From Candidatus Harrisonbacteria bacterium (lineage in GTDB: Bacteria; Patescibacteriota; Minisyncoccia; UBA6257; 02-FULL-45-10c), in assembly GCA_016192685.1 (NCBI GenBank), contig JACPTS010000001.1, forward strand, positions 311,647 to 375,646: a stretch of DNA of 64,000 nucleotides. Reading direction: 5' to 3'. Below, piece by piece: positions 39,892 through 49,925 of the stretch. The notes under the pieces are model-generated. The model ran no database searches. It was not told the DNA's origin and saw only the letters and a list, made by a program, of their open reading frames with translations. A program made the translations under genes and the position numbers. Each line of letters opens with the position of its first letter. The first letter of the stretch is position 1.

Positions 39892-40033
39892 GCTATACCT
39901 ATTTACCTACCGGCACCGGCGTCGGTCGCCTCCTGCGGGCGACCGCGCCTACGCCTCGCCGCCAAAAGTCCCGCATAGCGGGACACCAAGCTTTCGGCGG
40001 CTCCGTAGTTGCCGTACGATAAATAGGTATAGC
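39892..40033 (-). repeat. structured dispersed repeat, copy C
   Basis: same core; stems CGGTCGCC/GGCGACCG and GTCCCGC/GCGGGAC. Confidence 0.9.
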
Positions 40034-40103
40034 TCGCTTACTGTTAATTTTAAAAATAAAAAAGCCTCGTCAATGCTGCTGACGAGGCTTGTCATAAATC
40101 TAA

Positions 40104-41675
40104 TTAACGCTTGGATTTTAAAAATTCTTCCATCTCATCAATTAGGGGAATATCGTATTTTTGGAAAAGCGCAATCAATGCCATCAGATGCCAGTAGTAC
40201 GGCGGGCCAAGATAAGCCGGATCGCCGCCCTTAAGCCACATCCGAAAAAGTTCGCCCACGGTCGGATAAACCGTCCGGACAATTTCGTGAGATTCTTTTA
40301 CCGGAAGATTTTTCTCTTTATGGGCAATTTTAGTCCAAAAGTGATCAACGTGATTTTCTCCTTTTTGTTTCCGGAAGGGCCGTTCAAATATTTTTAAAAC
40401 CTCGTGGCCAGACTCATTTTGATATTCCCGGATTGAGTGGCCGATGATTTTATACAAAAATCCATCTTCTAAGGTTTGTTTAGCCAGTTCTGGCGGAAGA
40501 ATTCTCTTAATGTCTTGGTCAAGAACCTGGCCATATTTGTCTGATTCAGTGGCGCCGCCCGGCCAGCCAAGGCCAGCTGGTTTGCCGCCTTTTTTTGCGG
40601 CGTGGCCGAAGTAATCCCGTTCGCCGTCATCGCCGCGATTTTCCACCATAATAACTTGTAATGCCGCTAATTCTTCTTTGGATTTGCTTTTTAGAATTTT
40701 CACCAATTCCTCAACAGATTTGGCGAAAATCCCCAGAAAAGCCATGCCAAAAGAAGTATTTTCTATGTCTCTTATTTTCTTCTCGCGCTCCAGGTCAATG
40801 ATTTCCGGATGCTCATCCGCGTATTTATAACGAACCCTTTCTGCTTCTTGCTCAGCCAGCCAATTTTTTAAGCCTCGCATCCGCTCTTTGGCATCTTCAT
40901 AAGTTTGCGCGTATAAAAGGTCCAGTTTAATGATTTTCCAATCTTTTTTGTAGCGATGCGGCACGGTTTTGGTCAATAATCTGATATTCTGCAATTCTTC
41001 AATATGCGCCTCGCAAGCAATCAACGGTTCATCTAAATCTTTCAGGCCAAGCGCAAAAGGAAGCTTAAAAAAATTCATTTCCTCGCTCAGAGTCACTGTC
41101 ACAAAAGAACCATTCCTCACCTTTTTGCCTTTCCATTCGGCGATTTCTCCGTAATGAATATCACCTTTTCTGGTATTAATCCGGAAACGGAACTTGGGAA
41201 TAAATTTTAGCTCGGCAGTGTCGCCGGCAAGAATTTTATCCCGAATTGAAAGAAGAATTTTTTGTGTTTCCAGCATTTCTTTTTGCCTGGCTTCGTATTG
41301 CTGAAACTCTTTGCGGAGCTGGGCAATTTTTGCCCGGGCGTCCAGAAAATCCTGATAACTCGGATGATTGTTTGGCGCGCCTCTCAATAGCTGATTGCAA
41401 ACCAAGTTTATTTCTTCATATTTGTTAAATAGCTCTTTTAAAAGTGCGCTGTCGGGCTCTAACGCCATTGTTTGTTCTAAGATTTCATTGGCAAGATGCA
41501 CTGCGCAGATTGTTTTATCGCCGTCTGGAGCTAAAGAATCAACTCGCGGCTTTTGAGGATCGTCAGGTTCAAGCACCGCTGTCGGCTCAGCTGATTTTTG
41601 TTTCTCGTCCGGAAGTACGTGAGCCAGGAATTCAGCTTCGGTAACTTTGCAGATTTTTTCTTCCATTTTTTCCAC
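40104..41675 (-). CDS. hypothetical protein with coiled coils and a possible C-terminal Nudix-like domain
   Basis: WPGGATE ... IREYQNESG resembles a split Nudix box; GAGGAG SD. Confidence 0.6.
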   Translation of the reverse strand: MEKMEEKICKVTEAEFLAHVLPDEKQKSAEPTAVLEPDDPQKPRVDSLAPDGDKTICAVHLANEILEQTMALEPDSALLKELFNKYEEINLVCNQLLRGAPNNHPSYQDFLDARAKIAQLRKEFQQYEARQKEMLETQKILLSIRDKILAGDTAELKFIPKFRFRINTRKGDIHYGEIAEWKGKKVRNGSFVTVTLSEEMNFFKLPFALGLKDLDEPLIACEAHIEELQNIRLLTKTVPHRYKKDWKIIKLDLLYAQTYEDAKERMRGLKNWLAEQEAERVRYKYADEHPEIIDLEREKKIRDIENTSFGMAFLGIFAKSVEELVKILKSKSKEELAALQVIMVENRGDDGERDYFGHAAKKGGKPAGLGWPGGATESDKYGQVLDQDIKRILPPELAKQTLEDGFLYKIIGHSIREYQNESGHEVLKIFERPFRKQKGENHVDHFWTKIAHKEKNLPVKESHEIVRTVYPTVGELFRMWLKGGDPAYLGPPYYWHLMALIALFQKYDIPLIDEMEEFLKSKR

Positions 41676-41765
41676 CTCTCCTCATATACTGTTGTCAATT
41701 TTTGATATTCCAGTTTCTAGCTATATATTACTATAAAATTTTTATTAAGTCAAATTTCCGCTCGC

Positions 41766-41939
41766 TTCTTATTCTCGCCAACGGCGCTCTCGCTTGAACA
41801 AATAATATTCGCTCATGACGGAAATTTATCACCCTGGTCGACTCCTCGCTCCGCTCGGCTCTCCTGGGTATCCCGATAAATTTCCTACTCGCTCATTTAT
41901 TTGTAATCAAGCTTCGCTAATGTTGGCTTGAATTAAGAA
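41766..41939. repeat. long rod-like imperfect hairpin
   Basis: nested arms TTCTTATTC/GAATTAAGAA, GCCAAC/GTTGGC, GCTTGA/TCAAGC, ACAAATAA/TTATTTGT, GGAAATTTATC/GATAAATTTCC. Confidence 0.7.
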
Positions 41940-42020
41940 ACTCGCTTAGAGCTGGATTTTAAAAAAGAAAAACCGCCTCAGCTTTCGCTTTGGCGGAAAT
42001 TTATAACAATAACAACTAGT

Positions 42021-42311
42021 TTATTGCTTATTTATAAACCGAATTTCAGCGATAGTATTCCAGGATATCTCTTTATTTTTTGTTGCCCATGGCATTTTTT
42101 CGCGCCATTGATTACTACGACAAGAAAGATATTCTTCGGCACCTGGCGCAAAAAAGTTAACCGGACCTATACCGCCCGAACACATTACTCTTTCTCCTGT
42201 CACGAGTCGTATCTCTGCTGGTCGCGGTGTACCACCAACCTCTACACTGAATAAACAAACTATGAAAAAAAGTAAGACAGCCCCTCCCATAAGATAAAGC
42301 AGTACCCGCAT
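42021..42311 (-). CDS. hypothetical membrane-anchored protein
   Basis: AAGGAGG SD; N-terminal hydrophobic helix. Confidence 0.55.
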   Translation of the reverse strand: MRVLLYLMGGAVLLFFIVCLFSVEVGGTPRPAEIRLVTGERVMCSGGIGPVNFFAPGAEEYLSCRSNQWREKMPWATKNKEISWNTIAEIRFINKQ

Positions 42312-42520
42312 ATTTCCCTCCTTTTTTGATCGGAATGTTCTGTTTTATATATTATTTCAATATCAAAAATAAATCAAGTTTTTGCTTTGTAAATTTTTTT
42401 AAATTATAGAAGGCCGCGTTAGCGACCTACATTATTATCTACAACTATCCCTCAAAGAAGTTGAAAATATATTTGATTTGGCTATGTGCCGTGCGGCAAC
42501 TATTTTAATTTGAATTTCTA

Positions 42521-42668
42521 GCCGCTCTGCCGAGTTGTCGTAGAGAAACTACGGAGCCCCAAAAAGATTGGTGTCCCGCCATGCGGGACTTTTTGGGGCG
42601 AGGCGTAGCGGGCTCGCGCCGCTGGAGCGCGAGAACCGCGGTTCTCATAGACAATTCGGCGGAGCGGC
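42521..42668 (+). repeat. structured dispersed repeat, copy D (inverted, nested in a relic copy)
   Basis: GTAGAGAAACTACGGAG...GATTGGT...GAGGCGTAG...CGCTGGA...GTTCTCATAG with a 19-bp closing stem. Confidence 0.88.
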
Positions 42669-42716
42669 CGTCAAAAAATGCCGGTGCTGATAGACAAATA
42701 GACAGAGCTTAATAAA

Positions 42717-43808
42717 TTATTTTTTCAGCTTCAAAACAATCCTCTTTTCTTGCGGCTTTACCGAATCAATATGGAAAGTATAAGTCTCGCCCTCGCGGAT
42801 TTTCGCTTTCATTTCTTCTATGCCGCCGAATTCGGAAACGTGAATCAAGCCCTGGATTTCCGGATCCAGCGACACAAAAGCGCCAAAAGGATTAAACCGC
42901 AAAACTTTGCCCTGGATATCGGCGCCGGCTTTATAGCGTTCTTCAACTTTCTGCCACGGGTCTTCCTTAAGCGCCTTCAAAGACAAAGTCACCCGGCCGT
43001 CTTTAATTTCCAAAATTTTTGCTTTTACTTGGTCATTGACTTTAATAATGTCCTTCGGATTTTCAATTAATTTATGGTCTAATTCGGAAATATGAATCAA
43101 ACCTTCAATTTCCGGGTCGTCGGCAAATTTCAAGAAAGCGCCGAAATCCGCCACTCCCGAAATAATGCCGTCCACTATCTGTTCCGGCGCGTATTTCGCC
43201 AATTTTTCTTTAACATTGGCGCTGGTAATTTCTTTTTCGGAAAGAATCAGCTTGTCGTTCCGCAAATTAAAATCCAGAATTTTCACCGTTAATTCCTGGC
43301 CGATAAATTTTTTCAGTTCTTCCAGAATTTTATTTTTATCGCCGTCATCAACGCGGGGATAATGTTCATTGGAAAGCTGGGAAACCGGCATAAAGGCCCG
43401 CAGGTTTTCTATTTCCGCCATTAATCCGCCGGCATTGGCGCCGATAATTTTAACCTTTAACTCCTCGCCTTTTTCGTAAAGTTCTTTCACCGCTTGCCAG
43501 GATTTTTGTTTTCCGGCTTCGGCCAAAGAAAGTTCCACATAGCCATTTTCATTTTCCGCTTCCACCACTTTTGCCGTAATCGGGTCGCCTTCTTTCAGAT
43601 TTTTTAATGCTTCTCTGGCATTCACTAATTCCGTTCCATAAACTACGCCGGTGCCGAATTTCCCCAAATCAAAATAAACCGCCCGCGGGGTCCGGCGTAG
43701 CAAAGTTCCGGTAACCAAGTCTCCTTCTTTGGCCATTGTTCCCAAATCCGGCAAGGACCTTAAAAGCTGGGCAACGGCCGAATCGGTTTTTTTAAGACTA
43801 TTAAGCAT
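42717..43808 (-). CDS. rpsA: 30S ribosomal protein S1 (four S1 domains)
   Basis: repeated FGAF....GLIH.SE S1 motifs. Confidence 0.92.
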   Translation of the reverse strand: MLNSLKKTDSAVAQLLRSLPDLGTMAKEGDLVTGTLLRRTPRAVYFDLGKFGTGVVYGTELVNAREALKNLKEGDPITAKVVEAENENGYVELSLAEAGKQKSWQAVKELYEKGEELKVKIIGANAGGLMAEIENLRAFMPVSQLSNEHYPRVDDGDKNKILEELKKFIGQELTVKILDFNLRNDKLILSEKEITSANVKEKLAKYAPEQIVDGIISGVADFGAFLKFADDPEIEGLIHISELDHKLIENPKDIIKVNDQVKAKILEIKDGRVTLSLKALKEDPWQKVEERYKAGADIQGKVLRFNPFGAFVSLDPEIQGLIHVSEFGGIEEMKAKIREGETYTFHIDSVKPQEKRIVLKLKK

Positions 43809-43891
43809 TTGTTCAATATATTGTAGTTTAAAAAAATTTGCAACTTTTTCTTATTGCAAATTATATCTGAAAATCTTATAATATATTAGGT

Positions 43892-44509
43892 ATGATAATC
43901 AACTGGTACGGTGAAGGCTGCTTTAAGGCGCAAACAGGCGGTCTTACTTTATTAACTGACCCTTTTGAGTCTTCTATCGGCCTTACTCCGCCGCGCGGGA
44001 AAAGCGAGGTAATTTTAAAAACTTTAACCAGCTGGCCAATTAAAGAAGAAGAAACCAGTGGCCAATTAATCCAAGGCGCCGGAGAATACGAAGTCCGGGG
44101 AATAGAAATCCGCGGCTTCGCGCTTCTTCAGGAATCTTCGGAAAAATTCTTTAAAACCGCTTATAAAGTCATTGCCGAAGAAATGACACTCGGTTTTCTC
44201 GGCCACCTAAGCGAGGAGTTATCTCCGGAAGCAAATCAAAATTTAAAAGATGCTGATTTGCTTTTTTTGCCGGCCGGCGGCAAGCCGTTTATTGACCAGG
44301 AAAAAGCGGCAAAATTAATAAAACAGCTAAGCCCCAAAATTGTCGTGGCTTCTTTTTTTAAAACCCCGGGCCTCAAACGAACCAGCTCTGACTGGAAGGG
44401 ATTAGCTGAAGAAATGGACCAAAAACCAGAAGTAACAGACCATTTAACTGTTAAAAGGAAGGAGTTAAAAGAACAAAAAGGAATCAAATTAGTCGTGTTA
44501 AAAATATGA
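43892..44509 (+). CDS. metallo-beta-lactamase-fold protein with degenerate metal site
   Basis: I.WYG..CF, LTDPF, GAGEYEV.G, D.LFLP.GG. Confidence 0.8.
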   Translation: MIINWYGEGCFKAQTGGLTLLTDPFESSIGLTPPRGKSEVILKTLTSWPIKEEETSGQLIQGAGEYEVRGIEIRGFALLQESSEKFFKTAYKVIAEEMTLGFLGHLSEELSPEANQNLKDADLLFLPAGGKPFIDQEKAAKLIKQLSPKIVVASFFKTPGLKRTSSDWKGLAEEMDQKPEVTDHLTVKRKELKEQKGIKLVVLKI

Positions 44510-44868
44510 CTGGAAAAATTCAAAACTTTTTCTTAAAACTCCAGCAAGAAGATGAAGCCACCCGAAAGCGCTGGCTGATAATTTTAACTTCCGGAACCAT
44601 GGCCGTAGTGGTCAGCCTTTGGCTGGTTTACCTTAATTTTACGATTAAAGCGCTGGCTCCGGAACCGCCAAAAGAAGAAGCGGGATTTTTTAAAACTTCC
44701 GCCAACGGCCTTCAAATCATCTCGCAAGAAACCGCCTTAAAAATCAGCCAATTAAGCGCCTATCTAAAATCGCTGGCCAATCAAACTAATTCCATTACTA
44801 TTCAGCCGGCAAATATTAATTTAATCCTGGAAGATTTAGAAACGGTCAAACCAAAAAAATTGCCTTAA
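44506..44868 (+). CDS. hypothetical single-TM protein
   Basis: translationally coupled; one TM helix; upstream of gyrA. Confidence 0.6.
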   Translation: MTGKIQNFFLKLQQEDEATRKRWLIILTSGTMAVVVSLWLVYLNFTIKALAPEPPKEEAGFFKTSANGLQIISQETALKISQLSAYLKSLANQTNSITIQPANINLILEDLETVKPKKLP

Positions 44869-44884
44869 CTTTACGGAAAACTCA

Positions 44885-47353
44885 ATGACTGAAAAAGATA
44901 AAAAACTTAATACCGGAGTAGAAAAACGGGAAATTACCGAGGAGCTTCAGGAGTCTTATTTGGATTACGCCATGTCGGTAATTGTCGCCCGCGCCCTGCC
45001 GGATGTCCGGGACGGACTAAAACCGGTCCAGCGCCGGATTCTTTGGGCCATGTGGGACAGCGGCCTGACGCATTCGGCTAAATTTAAAAAATCCGCCAAT
45101 ATCGTCGGTGAAGTGCTTGGCAAATACCATCCGCACGGCGATTCTTCAGTATATGAAGCCATGGTCCGCATGGCGCAGGAATTTTCTCTCCGATATCCGC
45201 TGGTGGAAGGCCAGGGCAATTTCGGCAGTATTGACGGGGATTCGGCCGCCGCCTACCGCTACACCGAAGCCCGGCTTTCTAAATTAGCGGAAGAAATGCT
45301 GTTGGATATTGAAAAAGAAACCGTGGACTGGCTGCCGAATTATGACGCCAGCCGCCAAGAGCCGAAAGTCCTGCCGTCCAAAGTTCCGAATCTTTTATTA
45401 AACGGCACCGTGGGCATTGCCGTTGGCATGGCCACCAATATCCCGCCGCATAATTTAGGAGAAATCGTTGATGCCGCGCATCATCTGATTGATAATCCCA
45501 AAGCCACCATCAGCGATCTTATGAAATTCGTCCAGGGGCCGGATTTCCCGACTGGCGGAATTATTTATGATAAAAAGGCGATTGATGAAGCTTATGCTTC
45601 CGGCCATGGCGCGGTTACGGTCCGGGCGGTTGCCGAAGTAAAAGAAGAAAAAAAGGGGAAAAATGAAATTGAAATTACGGAAATTCCATATCAAGTGAAT
45701 AAAGCGGAGCTGATTATAAAAATCGCGGAACTGGTAACCGATAAAAAAATCCAGGGCATTCGGGACGTCCGGGATGAATCGGATAAAGACGGCCTGCGGA
45801 TTATAATTGAATTAAAAAATGACGCGGCGCCGCAAAAAATCCTGAATCAGCTTTATAATTACACCGATCTTCAGAAAAATTTCAATCTCAATATGATTGC
45901 CCTTGCTAAAAACGGGCTCCAGCCGGAGGTAATGTCCATTAAAGACATTTTAGCCGCTTATTTGGAACATCGGAAAGAAATTGTCCGGCGCCGGGCCGAG
46001 TTTGATTTGAAAAAAGCCGAGGAACGCGCCCATATTTTAATGGGGCTGCATAAAGCGCTGGGCGATATTGACCGGGTAATTTCTACAATTAAAAAATCAA
46101 AAGACAAAGAAGACGCCCATAAAAATTTAGTTGCGAAATTTAAATTCAGCGATTTACAGGCAACTGCCATTTTAGAAATGCGGCTTCAGACGCTGGCGGC
46201 CTTGGAACGGGAAAAAATTGAAGAAGAACTGAAAGAAAAGAAAAAATTGATTGAGGAATTACAGGCGCTTCTTAAAAGTCCGGCAAAAATTCTGAAAGTC
46301 ATAAAAGACGAGCTGAAAGAAATGAAAGAAAAATACGGCGATCAGCGCAAAACCAGGCTGGTTTCCGGCGGACTTAAAGATTTTAAAGAGGAAGATTTAG
46401 TGCCAAAAGAAGAAACGATTATCACTATGTCTCAAGGAGGTTATATTAAGCGCGTTCAGCCGTCATCTTTCAAATCCCAAAAACGCGGCGGCAAAGGCCT
46501 GATCGGTTCGGAGGTGGCGGAAGAAGATTTTTTGAGCCATTTTATGACCGCCAATACCCACGACAACCTTTTATTCTTTACCGAGCGCGGCCGGGTGTTC
46601 CAGACTAAAGTTTATGAAATTCCGGAGGCCAGCCGGATTGCCAAAGGAAAAGCCATCCATAATTTCCTGGAAATTCCTTTGGAAGAAAAATTAAGCGCGG
46701 TTATTGCTTATGCCGGCGAACATAAAACCAAAGAAGAGAAAAAATCCGCTCAAGGATATCTGGTGATGGTAACTAAAAACGGGCTGATTAAAAAAACCGC
46801 TTTAGCGGATTTTGCCAATGTCCGTCGCAATGGAATTATTGCGATTAAACTTAAAAAAGGTGACTTGCTCCAGTGGGTGCGGCTTTCTTCGGGGAACGAC
46901 CAAGTTACGCTCGCGACTGCCCAAGGCCAGGCGATTCGTTTTAAAGAATCCCAGCTCCGGCCAATGGGCCGGACTGCTTCCGGCGTCCGGGGAATCCGGA
47001 TTAGAAAAGGCGATTCCGTAGTGGCGCTTAATATCGTTACCAAAGAAAATGAAAAAGGCCAATTGCTTACCGTAATGGCCAATGGTTTTGGAAAACGGAC
47101 CCCGCTTTCCGAATACAAAGTGCAGGGCCGCGGCGGTTCAGGAATAAAAACTTCTAAAGTGACTTCTAAAACCGGTTTGGTAGTGGCTTCACCTCTTATC
47201 AACGTGGAAAAAGAAATCTTGGCGCTTTCCGCTAAAGGCCAGATTATCCGCACTCCGATTGAAAGCATCCGATTAAGCGGCCGCGCCACCCAAGGCGTCC
47301 GGATTATGAATGTCAAAGATAAGGACAAGGTGGTTGGTGTCATTTGTCTTTAA
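44885..47353 (+). CDS. gyrA: DNA gyrase subunit A
   Basis: [35 protein letters not shown], GyrA box QKRGGKG, pinwheel CTD. Confidence 0.98.
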   Translation: MTEKDKKLNTGVEKREITEELQESYLDYAMSVIVARALPDVRDGLKPVQRRILWAMWDSGLTHSAKFKKSANIVGEVLGKYHPHGDSSVYEAMVRMAQEFSLRYPLVEGQGNFGSIDGDSAAAYRYTEARLSKLAEEMLLDIEKETVDWLPNYDASRQEPKVLPSKVPNLLLNGTVGIAVGMATNIPPHNLGEIVDAAHHLIDNPKATISDLMKFVQGPDFPTGGIIYDKKAIDEAYASGHGAVTVRAVAEVKEEKKGKNEIEITEIPYQVNKAELIIKIAELVTDKKIQGIRDVRDESDKDGLRIIIELKNDAAPQKILNQLYNYTDLQKNFNLNMIALAKNGLQPEVMSIKDILAAYLEHRKEIVRRRAEFDLKKAEERAHILMGLHKALGDIDRVISTIKKSKDKEDAHKNLVAKFKFSDLQATAILEMRLQTLAALEREKIEEELKEKKKLIEELQALLKSPAKILKVIKDELKEMKEKYGDQRKTRLVSGGLKDFKEEDLVPKEETIITMSQGGYIKRVQPSSFKSQKRGGKGLIGSEVAEEDFLSHFMTANTHDNLLFFTERGRVFQTKVYEIPEASRIAKGKAIHNFLEIPLEEKLSAVIAYAGEHKTKEEKKSAQGYLVMVTKNGLIKKTALADFANVRRNGIIAIKLKKGDLLQWVRLSSGNDQVTLATAQGQAIRFKESQLRPMGRTASGVRGIRIRKGDSVVALNIVTKENEKGQLLTVMANGFGKRTPLSEYKVQGRGGSGIKTSKVTSKTGLVVASPLINVEKEILALSAKGQIIRTPIESIRLSGRATQGVRIMNVKDKDKVVGVICL

Positions 47354-47423
47354 ATTTATTTCCTTGCCAGCATCAGCATTATTTTGAAATGCTGTTCCGC
47401 CGAATTGTCTACGAATTTTACTC

Positions 47424-47575
47424 GCCCTGCCTGTATTTCTGACGGCACAGCCCCGCTTTGCGGGGCTACGCCTCAACGCCAAAAATTTAGGCTACCATTA
47501 TGCGATCGCATAATGGTAGCCTAAATGCCGAGCTTTTGGCGTTTCCGTAGTTGCCGCACAAAACACAGGCAGAGC
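47424..47575 (-). repeat. structured dispersed repeat, copy E, containing a 42-bp perfect palindrome (47485-47526)
   Basis: CGGCAC..CTACGCCTC..GCCGAGC..TCCGTAGTTGCCGCAC core. Confidence 0.88.
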
Positions 47576-47780
47576 TCGTTAAATTATTTATGGAATTTCT
47601 CCACGATAGCTTAACAAATCGGCAATAAATAAAAAAACGAAATAGAACTTCTTAGTTGCCGCACGACAGATAGGTAGCTTACTTTAATGTCTATATTTTA
47701 GCGCGCGCTTGACAGAGCATTGGAAATATGATATACTATTTTTAAGCTGAAAAGTTGCACATTCATAAAGGAGGTATAAC

Positions 47781-48260
47781 ATGGGCATTTTGGTTCAAGG
47801 AATTCTCTGTTATGGATTCCGCATCAAGGACGAAGATGGTAACGAGGAAAACGTAACCATCAACTGGCTCCCCAAAGATCCAGACGGTGCTGAGGGGGAC
47901 TTCGAGGACTTTCTCGCTAAGCTGTTCGGCCTTAAAGAACCTGACAGTCAATACGACGAAAAGAGGTATGCCACAGACCCAGAGTATAAGAGGATGTGGA
48001 GCAGTTACTGGGAAAAGAAAAACAAGCTCGAAGAAGAGATTGGGGTAACCCTTGTTCATCACTGCTCTGGCGAACAGCGAATGTGTATCTTGGCTGTCAC
48101 GGAATCAGTGCGGGAAGCGAACTGGGGTGAGCCTGTCAATCTTGGTCAATCCATCACCGACAAGCAGACGGAGTGGCGAGAGAAACTTCGTGCCTTCTGC
48201 GAACGAGTGAATATCCAATTTGAAGAGCCTCAGCTTATCCTTTGCAGCTACTACGGATGA
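47781..48260 (+). CDS. hypothetical acidic protein (accessory)
   Basis: TTGACA promoter, AAGGAGGT SD and its own terminator; codon style differs from neighbours. Confidence 0.7.
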   Translation: MGILVQGILCYGFRIKDEDGNEENVTINWLPKDPDGAEGDFEDFLAKLFGLKEPDSQYDEKRYATDPEYKRMWSSYWEKKNKLEEEIGVTLVHHCSGEQRMCILAVTESVREANWGEPVNLGQSITDKQTEWREKLRAFCERVNIQFEEPQLILCSYYG

Positions 48261-48410
48261 GACTTTGGCAGTCGAATTGGAATCTCCAGGAGGCCAACCA
48301 GCGATAACATCAAGGTTGGCCTCTTTCTTTTTTAAAATTTCCCGCCAAAGCGAAAGCCAAGTCTGACTTGGCGAAAGCTGAGGCGGTTTTTATATTGAAT
48401 TAGATTAAGA

Positions 48411-48579
48411 GCTCCGCCTCTCTGTTGTGCGGCAACTACGGAGCCGCTAAAAGCTTGGCCTTCTACCTAACTATCTGACGATCGTCAGATAGTTAGGTAG
48501 AAGTTTTGGCAGCGAGGCGTAGGCGGCGCCGACCACAGGAGTCGGCGAACGCCGGTGCCGGTAAACAGAGAGGCGGAGC
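48411..48579 (+). repeat. structured dispersed repeat, copy F (inverted), containing a 44-bp perfect palindrome (48460-48503)
   Basis: GTGCGGCAACTACGGAG..GCTTGGC..GAGGCGTAGGCG..CACAGGA..ACGCCGGTGCCGGTA core. Confidence 0.9.
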
Positions 48580-48600
48580 GATTTGTTGTATAATTAAAAT

Positions 48601-49911
48601 ATGAACTTTTCTCGTTCCCAGCTTGTTATTCTTGGTTCAGTGCTTTTTATTGTTCTTCTTTTGGTTGGCATTTTTACCGGAGTTTTGCCGGGTACCCGCC
48701 AACTCCGGGAAAAACCGCCGGAATTGACTCTGGCTGTCTGGGGAATTGATGAACAAGAATTATTTTTGGAAAATATCAATGCTTACGAAACTCTTCGGCC
48801 GAATGTCCGGGTGGATTACGAAGAATTGGACCCGGCCACTTATGAAGAGAGGATTATTAACGCGCTGGCTGCTGGCGCCGGGCCGGATATTATAATGTTC
48901 CATAATTCCTGGCTGCCGAAACACTATAATAAAATCGTGCCGGTTGGCGACACCCAGCTTAACCTTAAAACCCTGAAAGAAATCTTTCCGGCTGTTGTGG
49001 AACAAGATTTCGCGCCAGACGGGAAAATCCGGGCGCTTCCATTATATATAGATACCCTGGCGTTGTTTTATAATCAGGATACTTTTGATAAAAACGGCAT
49101 TGCTGTTCCGCCAAAAGACTGGCTGGATTTTCAGAATCTTTTGCCGAAATTGCGCGAACGCGACGGTTCCGGCCGAATCACTAAAGCCGGAGCGGCCATC
49201 GGCGGCTCCGAAAAAACCATTGCCAAGTCCGCGGATTTGCTGATGCTTCTGATGCTTCAAGCCGGCGCCAAAATGACCGATGATGGATTTAGCCAAGCTA
49301 CTTTTGCCAGCAATGTCGGCGGCCAACTGCCCGGCATTGACGCTTTAAATTTTTACGCCAAATTCAGCGATCCCCGGGATAATTATTACACCTGGAATGA
49401 TGGCTTGGAATATTCCCTGGACAGTTTTTCGCGCGGCAACGCGACAATGATTTTCCATTACGCGAGAGAACGGAAAAATATTAAAAGTAAAAATCCTTTC
49501 CTCAATTTTAAAACCGCGGAAATGCCTCAGCCGACCGGCGCGGAAAAAGCCGTTAATTACCCGGATTACTGGGGATTGGCGGTTACCAATAACAGCAAAA
49601 ATCCGGACTGGGCCTGGGATTTGATTCTTTATTTGACCGCCAATGATGCCGCCGCGGAAACTTATTTAAAAACTGCTGACCGGCCGCCGGCGCTCCGTTC
49701 TTTAATCCAAAAATACGCTAACCATCCGGAACTCGGCGCTTTTACCAAGCAAGCGCTTTCCGCCCGTTCCTGGCCGCAAATTGATAAAGATGCCATCCGG
49801 CTGATTTTTTCCGATATGATTCAGGCGGTAATCAGCGGCCAGTTGGATTCCCAGGCCGCCGCGGCGCAGGCAGAACGGCAAGTAACCGAATTAATGAAAT
49901 CTCGCCGGTAA
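48601..49911 (+). CDS. ABC transporter extracellular solute-binding protein (family 1, sugar type)
   Basis: N-terminal anchor; A.G.GPDII, ALPL..DTLALFYN.D.F, PP.DW. Confidence 0.88.
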   Translation: MNFSRSQLVILGSVLFIVLLLVGIFTGVLPGTRQLREKPPELTLAVWGIDEQELFLENINAYETLRPNVRVDYEELDPATYEERIINALAAGAGPDIIMFHNSWLPKHYNKIVPVGDTQLNLKTLKEIFPAVVEQDFAPDGKIRALPLYIDTLALFYNQDTFDKNGIAVPPKDWLDFQNLLPKLRERDGSGRITKAGAAIGGSEKTIAKSADLLMLLMLQAGAKMTDDGFSQATFASNVGGQLPGIDALNFYAKFSDPRDNYYTWNDGLEYSLDSFSRGNATMIFHYARERKNIKSKNPFLNFKTAEMPQPTGAEKAVNYPDYWGLAVTNNSKNPDWAWDLILYLTANDAAAETYLKTADRPPALRSLIQKYANHPELGAFTKQALSARSWPQIDKDAIRLIFSDMIQAVISGQLDSQAAAAQAERQVTELMKSRR

Positions 49912-49925
49912 TTCGCGTTTCTTTC

